Below, piece after piece: positions 14,206 through 28,605 of a DNA stretch of 64,000 nt. This DNA is from the human T2T-CHM13v2.0 reference genome, Homo sapiens: NCBI RefSeq assembly GCF_009914755.1, contig NC_060934.1. One strand, given 5' to 3'. A program made the position numbers and the translations under genes. Each line of letters opens with the position of its first letter. Positions within the stretch are counted from its first letter, which is position 1. The notes under the pieces are model-generated. The model did not search any database. It had not been told where the DNA came from and saw only the letters and a program-made list of their open reading frames with translations.

Positions 14206-16059
14206 CTGAATATGATTGTTCAGTAACATCTTCTGTCTGCCCTTCTCCTTGAAGCTGGGTCACTGCCCTCACCACAGTGAGCACCGTCTGCTGCCACATG
14301 GCTCTGCCCCCTCCCAACCTTCTGTGTTGGGGTAAGGAAGACCAGGCCAGAGGGGGACGCAGCTCTGACAGTGCTCTCTGGCACGGCTCCTTCTGCCTCA
14401 CGGGGCGTGATGCCCAGGGAACCCCCTGCCCTCACCAGCAGACCCCAAACCCACAGTATGAATGCATCTCTCACCGGGCTAGCATTGCTGACCTCCACGG
14501 CATGGCATCAGCTACTCTGACTCAGTTCACCCACGGCAGTGAGTGTGTCCTCTCACACAACAGCCTCGGGATCCAGGTCTACCTAGGTCACACCTGGGCC
14601 TGTCTTTAGCTTCCTCCCCATCTCCCCTTATCTTATTTTCCCTTCCTTTTTCCCACCCTGGTCAGCACTTCCAAAGAGCCTGCCCCAAACCCAGATGTCA
14701 AGGTAAACTTTTTTGTTGGTAAAATGTGGTCACTCCAGCTGCCAGGGGTGGGTGCTCGCCTGTTGGACATAGGCAAGGGGAGGCCTGGGGGCTGGAGCAG
14801 GAGGAAGGAGCCACCCAAATGGGCAAACAGGGTTCTCCAGAGGGACCCAGCCCTGCAGGTGGAGCTTTCTTCCACCCTGTGTTTTTCTGTGGCAGAGACT
14901 TAGAGGCAGTTGCCCAACTGGCATATCCCTTTCTTTTCAGTCATTGAATAACCTAATTTAAACAACCTGCCCTCAGCCCCCAAAAAGGTGCAATCTGACT
15001 GCAGCTCAAAACAACATTCCAGCCATCCTAGGGGAAAGGAATTTATAAATATTACCTTGGCTTCCATGTGCTTTACTGAGCTCCCTCATAAATCAGGACT
15101 TGGGGCTCCTGCACTCCCAGACTATATAAAGCTCGCCTCTGACTCCCGTGTTTCCAATTTTAAATCGAATGCAGCCCAGCCCTGCCGGCTCCTGTTTATC
15201 CTCAAAGATTCCAAAGGCCTGTTCAAAGGCTCCCAGAACCAGCCAGCTAAAAATGACCCACGGCTTCCGCTAGAGAAATGTGGTATCAAAACTCGTGTAT
15301 GGGGTGAGACTGCTCCATGAAGAATGGTAGCAATGGGGAATATGAGTTGTGTTTCTCCACCAAAAAACAAAGCTACATAAAGTAAAACAAGACCAAAAAC
15401 CACCTCTGAGAAAGGTCTGGCCCCAAACCATGTGTCAATCTCCTCACCATCTTGCTTTTCTGGTAGTCATTTCCATAGCAACAGGTTCTCAGGGGTCTGG
15501 ACTGGGCAAGAAAGGGAAGTGCCTGGGAAAGGCCTCCTCTGAGCCCTTTCTAACAGGGACAAGGCTGGGTGCTGAGTACTGGGTGGGACAAGCACCTTCG
15601 TCAAAGTGCAGGGAAGTGAGAAGCTTTAAATAGACCTAGAAACAATGGCAGGGTTTCCATAATTGGAGGAGAAAGTACCTATCGGAATAATAACAGAAGG
15701 AACCACATGCAGTCCCCTAAACACCTTCTTCAGGTCTTTCACGTCTTGTAGTGTGTGCGAACTACCCGGGAGGGGAAAGGAGCCAGGCTCTTAGGGAACA
15801 TAAGGAGGGGAACATCTGAAGGGTGAATAGCAGGTGGGCCTAGGCCTCAGAGAGCCAACTGGGTGGCCCTGCACACCTTGGGGAGCTGAACATCCAGGGA
15901 GTGACTTCCTGAAGACTGACCACATGTGGCCCTGCTGGCCCATGGTGAAATTCATCTCCTGTCATCACTAGCCAAACCAGTCTCACCTATAGCCTACTGC
16001 ACACCTGAAGACTCTGGTCTGAAGGCCCCCCATGATAGAAGCTCAGCCTTCACTGGGGC

Positions 16060-16260
16060 ACACTGTCGGGAGGCACCTGTCTTGCATTTCATTAGCTCCT
16101 TTAATCCTCCAAACAAGTCAGTGCAGTAGCTTGTTTTAGCCTGTTTCAGAGAAGAAAAGACGAAGACTTTGAGACTTTGAATAACTTATCCAAGGCCATA
16201 TATCTAGTGAATCAGAGTTTGACCCTGGGTTTGACCGACCCCAAAGCTCACACTATTCCC
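16060..16260 (-). mobile_element. MIR
   Basis: attagctcctttaatcctccaaacaa...taacttatccaaggccata. Confidence 0.6.
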
Positions 16261-16820
16261 ACTGTGCCAGAGAGGAGTTCTTAGAGCAAGGAGCCTGAAA
16301 CCGAGAGGCGCTGAGCTCACAGAGGCGGTGAGTGCTGGAGAGATCTCGGTAGGAAAGGCCTGGAAGTGGGAAACAGCTGTCAGGCAGAATTTGTCTGGGC
16401 AGAGAGGACCTAGAGAAAAGAAAAGGAATTGATCGATGCCAGGAATATCCAGGAGCCACAGGACCCCTTGTGTCTGGGTGTGGGCATCTGCAGAGGGAGT
16501 GCTGGTGGACTGCCCACTTGCCACGTGAGACGTGATGTCTCACTGCCCCTCTGGCCCAGCACTGGACCCCATGCAGGTGCTGGGGCCGCTGCAGTCCCAG
16601 AAAACAAGAGGGAATCCTGCAGTGGGCACATCTTTGCGACAGGAGGTCCCAATCCGCTCCCTGCTCCACACACGCGCATCTGTCTGCAGCCAAAGTGCTA
16701 CACGAACCTTCACCATTCATTATTGCAGAGCAGCTGGGAGGTGTTGGGCTTCTCAGCTTCTCATCCAAACTCACATCTCGGGGTGCAGGTGATGGGCAGT
16801 CAGAAAAAGCCACATGACCC

Positions 16821-17227
16821 TACTATGGTTGAATTGTGCCCCCTGCCTCCAAAAACTCATATGTTGAAGTCCTACCAACCAGGACCTCAGAACATGACCT
16901 TATTTGGAGATAAGTCTTTACAGGGATAATCAAGCTACAACAAGGTCATGAGAGTGGGCCTTCAGCCAATATAACCTTGTCAGGGTGGGACACGTGGACA
17001 CACATGCCCAGAGGGAAGACAGTGTGACGACACAGGGAGAAGACAGCTGTCCACAGGCCCAGGAGAGAGGCCTGGAACAGCCCCTCCCCAGAGTCCTCTG
17101 GAAGGAACCCACCCTGCCAACACCTTGACCTTGGACTTCCAGCCTCCAGGACTGTGGATGAGACCTTCCTGTGGTTGAAGCATCTGATCTGTGGTGCTTT
17201 GTTATGGCAGCCCCCAAGCATCCACTG
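16821..17227 (+). mobile_element. MLT1A/B-type MaLR solo LTR
   Basis: tatggttgaattgtgcccc...catatgttgaagtccta...gaccttatttggagata...ggacttccagcctccaggactgtg...tttgttatggcagccc. Confidence 0.85.
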
Positions 17228-19384
17228 TAAGGGGGTCAGGTGTATTCACGGCCTCTCTCCCTGCTCCAAGGTCCACAAGGGCTGCTGGGGACTTGGTCCA
17301 GAGCCGTCCTTTGTCTGAGTCCAATTCTGACTTCATAGTGACTCCCCGGGGGATGCAGGGAGTCAGATCCACTTGATTCTGGAGAGGATCCAAGGGTAAA
17401 GGAAGGAGAAGGAGGGAAATAATCCCTTGAATATGGGAAACTGTCTTTTGACAAATTCTGGTGTGTCTTTCCAGACCGTAGATGCGTGGGTGGGATTCAA
17501 AGTCTGGCCCTGCCGAGGAGCAGCGGAGCATCCCAGGAAAGCCCCTGCTCTCCCAACCCCAGTTCTGCTGAGGAAGTGAAGGATCCTTGGAGGCGGCACA
17601 GCCATGCACAGGGTGTAACCGCCTGGGATGCAACCTGGGCATGAAGACAGCACAGACGTGGTACCGCAGGGCCCGAGGCTGGGTGAGAGTCAGGCTGAGA
17701 TCAACGTTTGGGCTTGTAGACGCCTAGGTTTGCACAGCATCATAGAGGTTATCTGGCCTAATTTCCCATGCAGGATGAGAGGCCTATGAGTGATGACATC
17801 GTAAGCAATGGCAGGTGTGCACGACCTTGAATGCGACCATGGTAGGGAGGTCAAGGCAAGTTGCCCAAAGGTTGGAAAATTGCTATCCCCGGAAAGCTTT
17901 TCCTTAAACAGGTCTGAAAGGTGCCTCCATGTAACTGCCCCCACTGGCCCCTTTATTCTCTCTATGTTTGTGAGAGTCTAGAGCAGCAGCCCCTCTCCAT
18001 GTGTCCACGTATTTGTGCCTCCGGCAGCAGCAGGTGCCTTCATGCTCCACATGGCCTCCTCTCCTCTCCAGGCTCTGTCCAGAGGTTCTTACCTGACAGT
18101 GGGTAAGGTTCCTCCCTTATCCCCCAGTGGTGGCTCAGCTTGGGACACGTGTCAGCTTCTCAGAGTCCTCCTTGAAGATGGGACCAGTGCCTGTGGCCAG
18201 AGCTACTTCCCCCTGCTCTGAATAATACAGCATTTGTAAGAATAAAGCTAGTGGCTCAATGCAGACTCACATTCTGCGATGCTGCTGAGTGCCGGGCATG
18301 TGCTCATGTGTGTGAGCTTCAGGGGATGCCAAGAGAGAAAGACTCACACATAACAGGGGAGGTCAGTGAACAGACGAGGATGAGACACTCACAAGGGCTG
18401 GGAGAGTGCCCTGGAGCCAAGAAGAGGAGGTGTCTGCCATGGCTCAGCACATGGAGGGAGCAGAGTGGGTACCGGGAAAGACTCCACAGGGAAGGGACTT
18501 GTCCGCCAGGTCTGCAGGGAAGCCAGGCCAAGGCGGTGTCGGGTGTCCCAGGCTGAAGCACAGTGTGGGAAAAGGCACAGGGCCCGAAGCAGGCCTTCTT
18601 CTCCTCTTGAGCGACCACTTCCTACCCATCCTGATGCCCTTGATCCTGACATCAGATCCTCTAGGAAGCCCCTCCTGACTTTCCAAGCCCTGACCTCCGG
18701 CCTCAGGCTGGTCTGGAGACCCTGCACCTGCACATCCGGAACCCGGGCACTCACCTCGATCCATTCCCATGAGGGTTTCTTTTCCGCCTTGCTCCCCACC
18801 GAAGCATCAGCTCCTCTTGCTAGCGTCTTCACAGCCAAGATCTAAAGCGGAACCTGGCTTAGTGGCCGTTTGAGTGCGTGTGTGGACTGGATGCATGGGG
18901 CAGCCTGGTGTGCTCTGGGAGGAGATGCTGGCGAGGACGGTGGGGAGATAGGCGTGCTGGGCAATGAGGCCCACCCACTGCCATCCTGCGGAGCCTGGGC
19001 TCAACTCCAGGGGCAGTGGACAGTCATGGGTCACACGTGTGAAGGAGGTGGATGGGAAGCACGCTGGCAGCTGTTAGGGGATGAAGATTAGGGTCAGGGT
19101 GAGACAGGGAAACTCATTAGGAAGCCTGGGAATGGCCCAAGTGAGAGATCTGGGCTTGAAGCAAGGTTGTAGCAACTGGGAGGGAACAATGTCAGAAAAA
19201 GGAAAATGGGTTGCAATTACATTTTGATGGTTGGAGGACATGGGAGGGGGGATCAGATGATAAATTCTAGGTTTTCGTTGATTTTCAGGTAATAGGATTT
19301 CCAAATAGAAGAATGGATGAAGTTTCCCAGGGAGGGTGCGGAGCGTGGAGAGAGACGGTCCACAGGTGGGAGGGTCACCACATG

Positions 19385-19546
19385 CCCCCACCTCGCTCCC
19401 TCGCAGGCGCACAGGCCCTTTCTCAGGAAAGCCCCACACTTGGCTTAAGGCTCTGCTGTTGCTGCCTTGAACTCTTAATGAGTTTTGAACAAGGCGCCCC
19501 GCATTTTCATTTTGCATTAAGCCCCCCAAATTATGTGCCTGCCCTG
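19385..19546 (+). mobile_element. MER45A-like hAT-Tip100 element
   Basis: cttggcttaaggctctgctgttgc...tttgaacaaggcgccccgcattttcattttgca...caaattatgtg. Confidence 0.7.
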
Positions 19547-20941
19547 CTCACCACGTCCCACTGCGCTCCCAGGGCAGGGCCCGCCCCACCCAGACGCAGA
19601 CTGTCGCGGCTTCATCAGACCCTCCATCCTCCCACGATGAAGATCAAAGCAGGCTCTTTGCTGATGGGCTCGCGTTCGTTCCGCCCAGCCTGATGACACA
19701 ACTTTGGCTTTCTTCTGTTAGCTTCTTTGTCCGGAAAGCACCGCTGATATTGTCAGGTTACACACTGAATGGAGGGTGACTAATAAGCGATGCCAGTTGC
19801 CTGTGGACTCGAGAGAATCCAGATACCAAGCGACGCCTCACGTTGCGCCACCCGCAGGACCCGTCGGCCAGGCTGGGCTCGGCTCATACCTGGTCCTCAG
19901 TTTCTCCCTCTGCACAGCAGGCTTGAAGCCCCAGAACTTTTCCCTGAACTCTCCCGGCCTAGATGACAGATGTAGTCGGGAAAGAGCTTCTAACAACCCA
20001 GAGTGTGTGGTCAGCCTGCCAGAGACTCTAAACGCTGCCCAACACTCTTCCCGCCCGTGGTTATCAATGCGCCAAAGAGCAGAAGCTCAGAGAATTGTGA
20101 TTCTTTCGCTTGGGAAAGAAAATACTTCACAGCGATTAGATTACAGTCTTTCAATTCAGAAAGGGAGATTAGGCAGAAGGTAAAGAGCTGTTCCTCTTTT
20201 CCTGTAAAAACTAAATGGCCTTAAACAAAAAAGTGGTCTTAAACATCAACAGAGAAGATTTTGATTCGACCTGAGGAAGAATTTCACCATAGCACAGATT
20301 TGGAGATGTCTGCAGGCGAAACCAAACTGCAGAACAGTTCACCTGCGTGGGAACCTGGCCTGCGCAGAATAAAAAAGCCTCTTTGTGTTTCCTGAAGTCC
20401 TGATCACAGCACTTTGTGTGGAAACCTCTCTCCATCAAGACTTACAAGGAATAAGTAAATGCCTGAAGCTATGCGTGAAAGTTTTTATGGAATATCCCAA
20501 GGGATACCAGCTGCATTTCCAAGAATTAGGCTATCCAAATAAAAATCCTGGTTCAAACTCCCCTACCTAATTTTAAAAGGAAATTTTCCATTTCTGAATC
20601 CAGAGTCTTGGTGGCCTTATGCAAGCCCTGGTTCTGCACAGTCACAATTCTTAAAAAACTGTGATCCCAAAGGAGACTTGGGGATGGAGTAAGACCCTAT
20701 CTGTAACCCAAAACCTGTGAGGAAACTTTAGTTCTATTGCCAAACAGAGTCTCCACTGAAAGAGAACAAAAACATGCAAAGAGGTTTTGCAATAACCAAG
20801 CCTTCTGTTAAAAAAAAAAAAAAACGAAAAAAAAAAAAAAAAAAAAAAAAAACCTGCAGGGACCTCAGGAAACTCCAAAGAAGGAAGGCTAAAAACAGAT
20901 TTATTTAACCTAGAACACAGAGGCTTCAGCAAGGAAAATAG

Positions 20942-21340
<399 letters not shown>

Positions 21341-21524
21341 TCACATTCTCATTTCTAACCCTGCATCAGCCCTCTGGAAGGGAAGGTAGTAGGTGTGAAA
21401 AGAGAATGGCCCCCCCATAAGTAGTGATTCTATCTTTATTGCTATGGCCTCTTTTGCTGTAATGAACACAAAGATATATGGATGGCATTTAGAGAATGAA
21501 AAATCAGAGATTTATTTCAATGCA

Positions 21525-21750
21525 TATTTCATTCATTCATGCATTCGCCAGTCTTACAATTATTTGTTGAGCATCTGCTGTGGACCAGGCCCTGTGCTGT
21601 TTACCAGGCACCGAGAGCCTCCTGCCTTCAGGCAGGCTGTTTAATACAACATACAAACAGGCGTGGTACACATCTTGGAACTAAAATCACTCCAATATTG
21701 GCTGTGGGATCCAAGAGAGGACAAAAAAGGTGCACGATGCATTTGTAATT
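21525..21750 (-). mobile_element. L2 3' fragment
   Basis: ttcattcattcat...tatttgttgagcatctgctgtggaccaggccctgtgct. Confidence 0.6.
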
Positions 21751-22125
21751 GCATAAGCACCATTATTGTGGCTCTTTCTGACAGGGGAGAACTTCAGCTG
21801 TGATTATCAGGCCTTGATAGGAACCGCATCCTCCACTTGCTGTCTTACGTCTGATGGTTGTGAGAATTCCATGGTCCAGCCTCTGGCTGCCTACATTTCA
21901 AATCTCTGTCTCTTCCACTTCCACCATCCTTCTAGGGCCCAGCACTGTGGGATGCATCCCATGGCAATAAGGTCACAGGTCCAGAGGACCCTTGTGCTGC
22001 GGTGCCCGTGGGTGGTAGGAGCATTCCTGAGGCTGTGTCTACACTGGAGCTTCTAGAGATCATATAAATGTACGAGGAGAGACTGCAGACTGCCTCAGGA
22101 CCATAGTATGGCTGACAGCAGTTGA

Positions 22126-22610
<485 letters not shown>

Positions 22611-22948
22611 CCTTTGAATATTCTTGACCACATTTTCCCTGTGGAGGACAAAGGTCATCTCACCTGCCCAGATGCTGCACCCTAGAGGCTGCCTCGGGTC
22701 TGTGTTCAAGAGCCATAAACACAGACTGAAGTCAGGCTTCTTTATAATGGCCGATAAAAGATGTGGTGACCTAAATCCTTTCTTCTGTGTTTCCATCTGA
22801 CCTCCTGCCTTCCTCTCTGTGGCCCAACTCAATTTCCCTACATGGGAATTTTTCTCTGCCAGACTTCTCATGCTGTCCATTTTGTATTTCCAACTCTCAT
22901 CGCCTTTAATTCTCTTGTAAATCTCATTCTTGTTTTTCCAGTCTTCAC

Positions 22949-23277
22949 TTTTTTAAATTTTTAATTTAATGTAATTTAATTTTTTTGAGATAGGGTCTTG
23001 CTCTGTCATCTGGGCTGGAGTGCAGTGGCACAATCTTGGCTCACTGAAGCCTCAATCTCTCAGGCTCTAGCGATCCTCCTGCCTCAGCCCCACAAGTAGC
23101 TAGGACCACAGGTGTGTGCCGCTGCCGCCACACCCAGCTAGTTTTACAGTTTTTCTTGCACAGACAGGGTCTCACTATGTTGCCCAGGCTAGTCTCAAAC
23201 TCCTGGGCTCAAGCAATCCTCCCCTCCTTGGCCTCCCAAAGTGCTGGGATTACAGGCTTGAGCCACCGCGCCTGGTC
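22949..23277 (-). mobile_element. AluJ
   Basis: gggtctcactatgttgcccaggct...ctcctgggctcaagcaatcctc. Confidence 0.9.
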
Positions 23278-23496
23278 CATTCTTCGCTCTTTAAAGCCTA
23301 GGTTGCTCTGCCAGTGCTCTCCTCTCCCATTTTCTTTTTCCTTTGTCCTCCTCCTCCTTCTCACTCACCCTCCCTCTCTCTCTTCCTTTCACCATCTCTC
23401 TACATCCAGATCTCTGCCCTCTCTCTTTTCCGCTGCTCTCTGTTTTTGCTTTTTCTCCGTAACTACTGCCTTCGTGTCTTCTGTTTCTTCTACTCC

Positions 23497-23794
23497 TTTT
23501 TTTGTTTGTTTGAGACAGAGTTTCACTCTTGTTGCCCAGGCTCAAGTGCTATGGCACAATCTCGGCTCACTGAAACCTCTGCTTCCCGGGTTCGAGCGAT
23601 TCTCCTGCCTCAGCCTCCTGAGTAGCTGGGATTACAGGCATGCACCACCATGCCCAGCTAATGTTTGTATTTTTAGTAGAAATGGGGTTTCACCATGTTG
23701 GCCAGGCTAGTCTCAAACTCCTGACCTCAGGTGATCCACCCGCCTCGGCCTCCCAAAGTGCTGAGATTACACGCGTGAGCCACCGTGCCCGGCC
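23497..23794 (-). mobile_element. AluSp/Sq
   Basis: Diagnostic gagtttcactcttgttgcccagg; TSD tgtttcttctactcct. Confidence 0.93.
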
Positions 23795-25286
23795 TGTTTC
23801 TTCTACTCCTGACCCTCTCTCCCCATCTTTGCTCGGTACCGCCACTTCTTTCCAAATACAACCCAACTTCCACTCTGGCCTAACATATTTTTCCCTGGTA
23901 CTCATTCATTGTTTAAGAATGTCTTTGATCTTGGGATACAGCCTTAATGCAAGTTGTTTTTCCTTCCTGTGGTAAGAAAGCTTCAGGAGCCTTTTCCCTT
24001 CAGGCTGCAGAACTGGGAGCAAGCACAGCTGATGCCAGCTCCTCCTGCTCCTGTTTTCACAGGTCCTGCCCTCCAGGGGAATGTTCCAGGTACATTCTGC
24101 GTCTCAGAGATAATGCAAAAGCCAAAGAGACAAGCACAAGTCAGTTATTTGGGGACCCCTCTAACTGTGTTTTCTTTAGTTCCATCTGTTTCTGTCTGAC
24201 TTTCTACAGAAACCTACACCCTGTATGCTTTATCACTCAGGGAATAAGTTCTGCTGGAACGTCCTCGATGAGCTATGCATAGCAAAGTTAAGTCTTGTTC
24301 CTCAAATAGCTCATTCTCCAGGATCTGTGGACACAAAACAATCACCGTAAACAAGCAGGGGCATGTAAGCAACCAGACGCACAATGCTGACCACAGAGGC
24401 GCCTGGTCTGAGAAGGGAGAGCCCAGGGCAAGCCGGAGGAATCACCGACACCTTGCAGGAGAGGAGGGGAGAGGAGGGCTGGGCTGCGCTTGAAGGGAGG
24501 AGGGTGCCGTCCACTTCATACCCACAGACCCGCTCTTTTGTCCTAAAACAGGGATGATGTATTTCATATGGAGGAGTTCTGTGTCTCCCCATGTCTCTAG
24601 CAAAATTGACTTTTTCTAAGCTGCCCTTGAGAGGATTCAAGTAGCAAAAGTTTCTGTGGTCTTATCACCACCATTAAAGTCATGATTTCAAAGACGAGAG
24701 CCGCATGGAAGGAAGTTCTTATCACCTGACCGTAGGGTACAGACACCCCGAGGGGAAGGCCCTGTTGCTGTAGCTGCTGGTTCAGTCGCTTGGAAGGAAG
24801 TTCCTATCGCCCGACCCTGGGGAATGGACACCCCAAGGGGAAGGCCCTGTTGCTTTAGTTGCTGGTTCGGTCACGTAGCACAGCCCACTGTCTCATTAGG
24901 CTGAAAATATTAGACAAATGAAATCAATTTGAGCAGAATTAATGCCACAGATCGCAGAATTTGGAAGGCCATGAAAGAGAGATCTTCTCCCCAGGGTGAA
25001 AGTCAAGGTCTTTCTTGAGGGCAGTTTACCCCAAGAGCCAAGGATTAAAAGTGTGCCCATAATATCCTGCTTTCCGGTTGGTTCAATTTTAAGAACATTT
25101 AAGGTCCCGCCATGTGTTAAGAAGTGGGATGGGAGCTTGACCACTGTCTTGCACAACTCAAGGGCACCTTCACAGTATGTCTCATGTCTGTGGACAATGT
25201 CACAATATGTCTGCCTGGATGTGTGCTAGGCAAAGGTCCTCACATAGAAGACAGAAGATGCAAAAATAAATGGGTTTGTTGGGGTG

Positions 25287-25616
25287 TTTTGTTTTGTTTT
25301 GGTTTGTTTTTTTGTTTTTCAGAAAGTATCTCACTCTGTCACCCAGGCTGGAGTGCAATGGTGCAATCTCGGCTCACTGCAGATTCCGCCTCCCCAGGCT
25401 CAAGCCATCCTCCCACCTCAGCTCCCAGGCCTCCCCCGTCACCAGTAGCTGGGACTACAGGCGTATACCACCACTCCTGGCTAATTTTTGTATTTTTTGT
25501 AGAGCCAGGGTTTCACCATGTTGCTCAGGCGGGTCTGGAACTCCTGGACTCAAGTGATCTGCCCACCTCGGCCTCCTAAAATGCTAGGACCTCAGGCATG
25601 AGCCACTGCGCCCAGC
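25287..25616 (-). mobile_element. AluJ
   Basis: (GTTTT)n tail, ctcactctgtcacccaggctggagtgcaatgg...ctcaagtgatctgcccacctcggcc. Confidence 0.88.
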
Positions 25617-25629
25617 TGGGGTTGTTGTT

Positions 25630-25825
25630 TGACGGGTAGACAGTTACCGTTTGGGATGATGAAATTCTGGAAATGGATGGTGGTGACAGTTCTAGTTTGA
25701 TTTCATGTGACTTAGTGTTGAGACTAAGGCATTGAGACTATGGTACACTTAATGCCACCAAATTGTGTACCTAAAATGGTAAATTTTATGCTATATATTT
25801 ACCTTGATCAAAATAAACAAAAACA
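25630..25825 (+). mobile_element. L1MB-type 3' terminus
   Basis: tttgggatgatgaaattctggaaatggatggtggtga...cttaatgccacc...ggtaaattttatgctatatatttacc. Confidence 0.7.
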
Positions 25826-26899
25826 AATGAGAAAAGTCCTTGAACCCAAGAAACTCACAGACCCAGGTGATAAAGGGTGTAAAATAAAATAAGGGCAATG
25901 TATAAATAGGCATCCGCCACCCTAAGATCACAGAGTGGGGCATGACTGGTTGGCACGGGATGCTGAATTATCAGTAGATACTACACATTGGATGAACAGG
26001 GAGCTTTGAGAGGGATGGTAGTACACCGAGTCTGGAAGCAGGGCTAAGGGTTCATTGGCTGAATAGACCCTAGTATCCTCTGGAATATCCTTAGAAAAGC
26101 TTGGACCCTGGCTCTCTTGGTCAAGAAGACTCCATCCACATGGATAGGGTGGATTTGGAAGGGAATACCACACAAGTAGGAAGAAAAGACACTTCTAAAA
26201 CCAGAAGACTGTCTGCTGGCCAAGGAAGGGTGGAAGACACAGAGAGAAGACCGGAGGTGGCCCTGGCAGGGTGAGAGCTCCTACAGCGGTTCTTCTAGAG
26301 GCCAGCCCAGCGGTGGATTGGGAGTCATGCATGGGCAGGGAAAAGGACTTTAAAATTAAGTAATACCAAGGAAACCCTGTCCCTCCTTGACTCATCTTAC
26401 AGGCCCCACTCCTTTCCTGCCATTGAGAAATTAGGGCTGTAAAACTGACTGATAACCTGGTTCTTGGGAGCTTGATTACAATCACCTGCTTTGGAGAACA
26501 ATCACAGGCCTAAGAAGAGGGGAAAGGTTTCTAGTAAAGGGTATGGCAGACAACCAAGAATTTTTCTTCTCCTTTCAGGTGAATCTTTTAACCTAATATC
26601 CACATTTTTCTAACCAGAAATGAAATTGCATGGTGAAAACATTACTGTTATACTAGGGGAGCAAGAGGACAGAACATTTGAAATTGGAACATTGCTAAAA
26701 AGTCCAAATTTGTTACATCCCAATTATACTCCCAGGCTTCCAGAAATATCTGGAGAACAGCAATTTATGGAGAGTTCTGTCCACAGACACAATATGTTTC
26801 AGACTTCTGTCTGCTCCTCAGTGAAAGAATCACAGAGGCTTAAAAGCAAATAGTCGCAAGGGACCCAAGAGATAAAAGAGTCCAGCTTCCTCACTGTAA

Positions 26900-27130
26900 T
26901 AGAAACACCACCATACCGTGTGCACACTGCTTGGGCATTTAATAAATGCTGGCTTTGGATTGTTTAATACAATAACTCTATAAAGTGGGCATTTTATTAT
27001 TTCCATTTTATAGATTTTAGAAATGAGGCTCAATTAGATAAAATGAGATGCAGTGCCTGGGTCACATTGCTAGAAAATGAGAGCCCAGTTTTTAAACTTG
27101 TATCTTATGACACACTACCCACTGCTCTTT
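26900..27130 (-). mobile_element. MIR
   Basis: ttattatttccattttatagat...gaaatgaggctca...ggtcacattgctag. Confidence 0.6.
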
Positions 27131-27314
27131 CCATTTAAAAAAAAAAACTTTCTGATCATAAAAGGTAGAATTCTTAACTTTAGATAATTCAGAAGAGGAT
27201 AAGGAGGAAAATAAAGGGCAGTTAACATAAAATTGGAATCACACTATACACACATTTTATAATTTATATTTTTATATAATATATCATGAACATTTTCCCA
27301 TACTTCAAAATATA

Positions 27315-28605
27315 TACACTAAGATAGACTATATTCAGGGCCACAAAACAAACCTCAACATATTCAAAAGAATTCACATCTTATAGCGTGTGTTCTCCAA
27401 TCACATGGAATCAAACTAGAAATCAATAACAGAGAAATGATAGGAAAATCTCATAACACTTGAAAACTAAATAGCACACTTCTAAATAACCCAGAGGTCA
27501 AAGAGGAAGTCTCCAGATAATTTTTTAATACATTGAACTGAATGAAAATGAAAATTCAACATATCAAAATTTGTGGCACTCAGCTAAAGCAGTGCTGAGG
27601 GGAAAATTCATAGCACTAAATGAATATATTAGAAAAAGGAAAAATTCAAATAAATAATCTAAGCTTCCACCTCAAGAACCTAAAAAAAAAGTAAATCCAA
27701 AGAAAGCAGAAATAAAGAAATAAAAACCAAACTCCATGAAATTGAAAACAGAAAAAAATAGAGAAAATCAATCAAGAACTAGTTTTTTTATAAGATCAAT
27801 AAAATTGGTAAACTTCTAGTAAGACTGACAAAGGAAAAAAGAGGAAAGACATAAATTACAAATATCAGAAATAAAACAAGGATATTACCATAGACCCTAC
27901 AGATATCAAAAGGATACTCATGGAATGCCACAAAAACTTTATCCACGTAAATTTTGACAACTTAGATGAAATAGACCAATTCCTTGAAAAATGTAAACTA
28001 TAACAACTCATCAAATATAAAGTAGATGATTTGAATAGCCCTGTAACTATTAAAGAAATTTAATTGGTAATTTTTAACCTCCTAAAAAAGGAAATCTCCA
28101 GGCCCAGATGGTTTCCCTGGAGAATTCTGGATTGCTTCCAGGTTTGGGCTATTACAAATAAAACTACTACACACGCTGTGTACAGGTTTTTAAACAAATA
28201 CGAACTAAGGATAAGTGCAACAACCTAGATGGGTCTTAGTGAATTATGTAGAGTGAAAAAAGCCAGTCCCAAAAGGTTTCACACTATATGATTCCATTTA
28301 TAACAATCTTGAAATAACAAAATCATAGAGATGAAGAATAGGTTAGCTGTTTCCTGGGATTAAGGTGAGAATGGCACAGGAAGAAAGGGGGCATGGCTAT
28401 AAAAGGGCAACACAAGTGATCCTTGCAGTGGTGAAAATGTTTTGTTGCTTGACCATATTAAGGTCAATGTCCTGGTTGCTGTCTTGTACTACAGTTTTGC
28501 AAACTGCTCCCATCTGGGGAAATTGGTGAAAGATACACAGGATCTCTGCATTCTTTCTTAAAATTCTTTCTTAAAAGATAAAACATTTAATTTTTAAAAA
28601 TTAAA
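27315..28605 (+). mobile_element. Rearranged old L1 (L1M/MC/MD): degenerate ORF2 segment 27315-28126, short inverted piece ~28127-28190, 3' end ~28215-28605
   Basis: ORF2-like ggccacaaaacaaacctcaac, ggaatcaaactagaaatcaataac, ccaggcccagatggtttccctggagaattct; 3' end agtgaaaaaagccagtcccaaaagg...tatgattccatttata. Confidence 0.8.

Noticed and set aside
23114-23975. ORFs of up to 198 aa (and similar ones at other Alus)
   Set aside because: Typical Alu-derived peptides ([25 protein letters not shown])
27315-28126. Functional L1 ORF2
   Set aside because: Riddled with stops and frameshifts; no long ORF in the track
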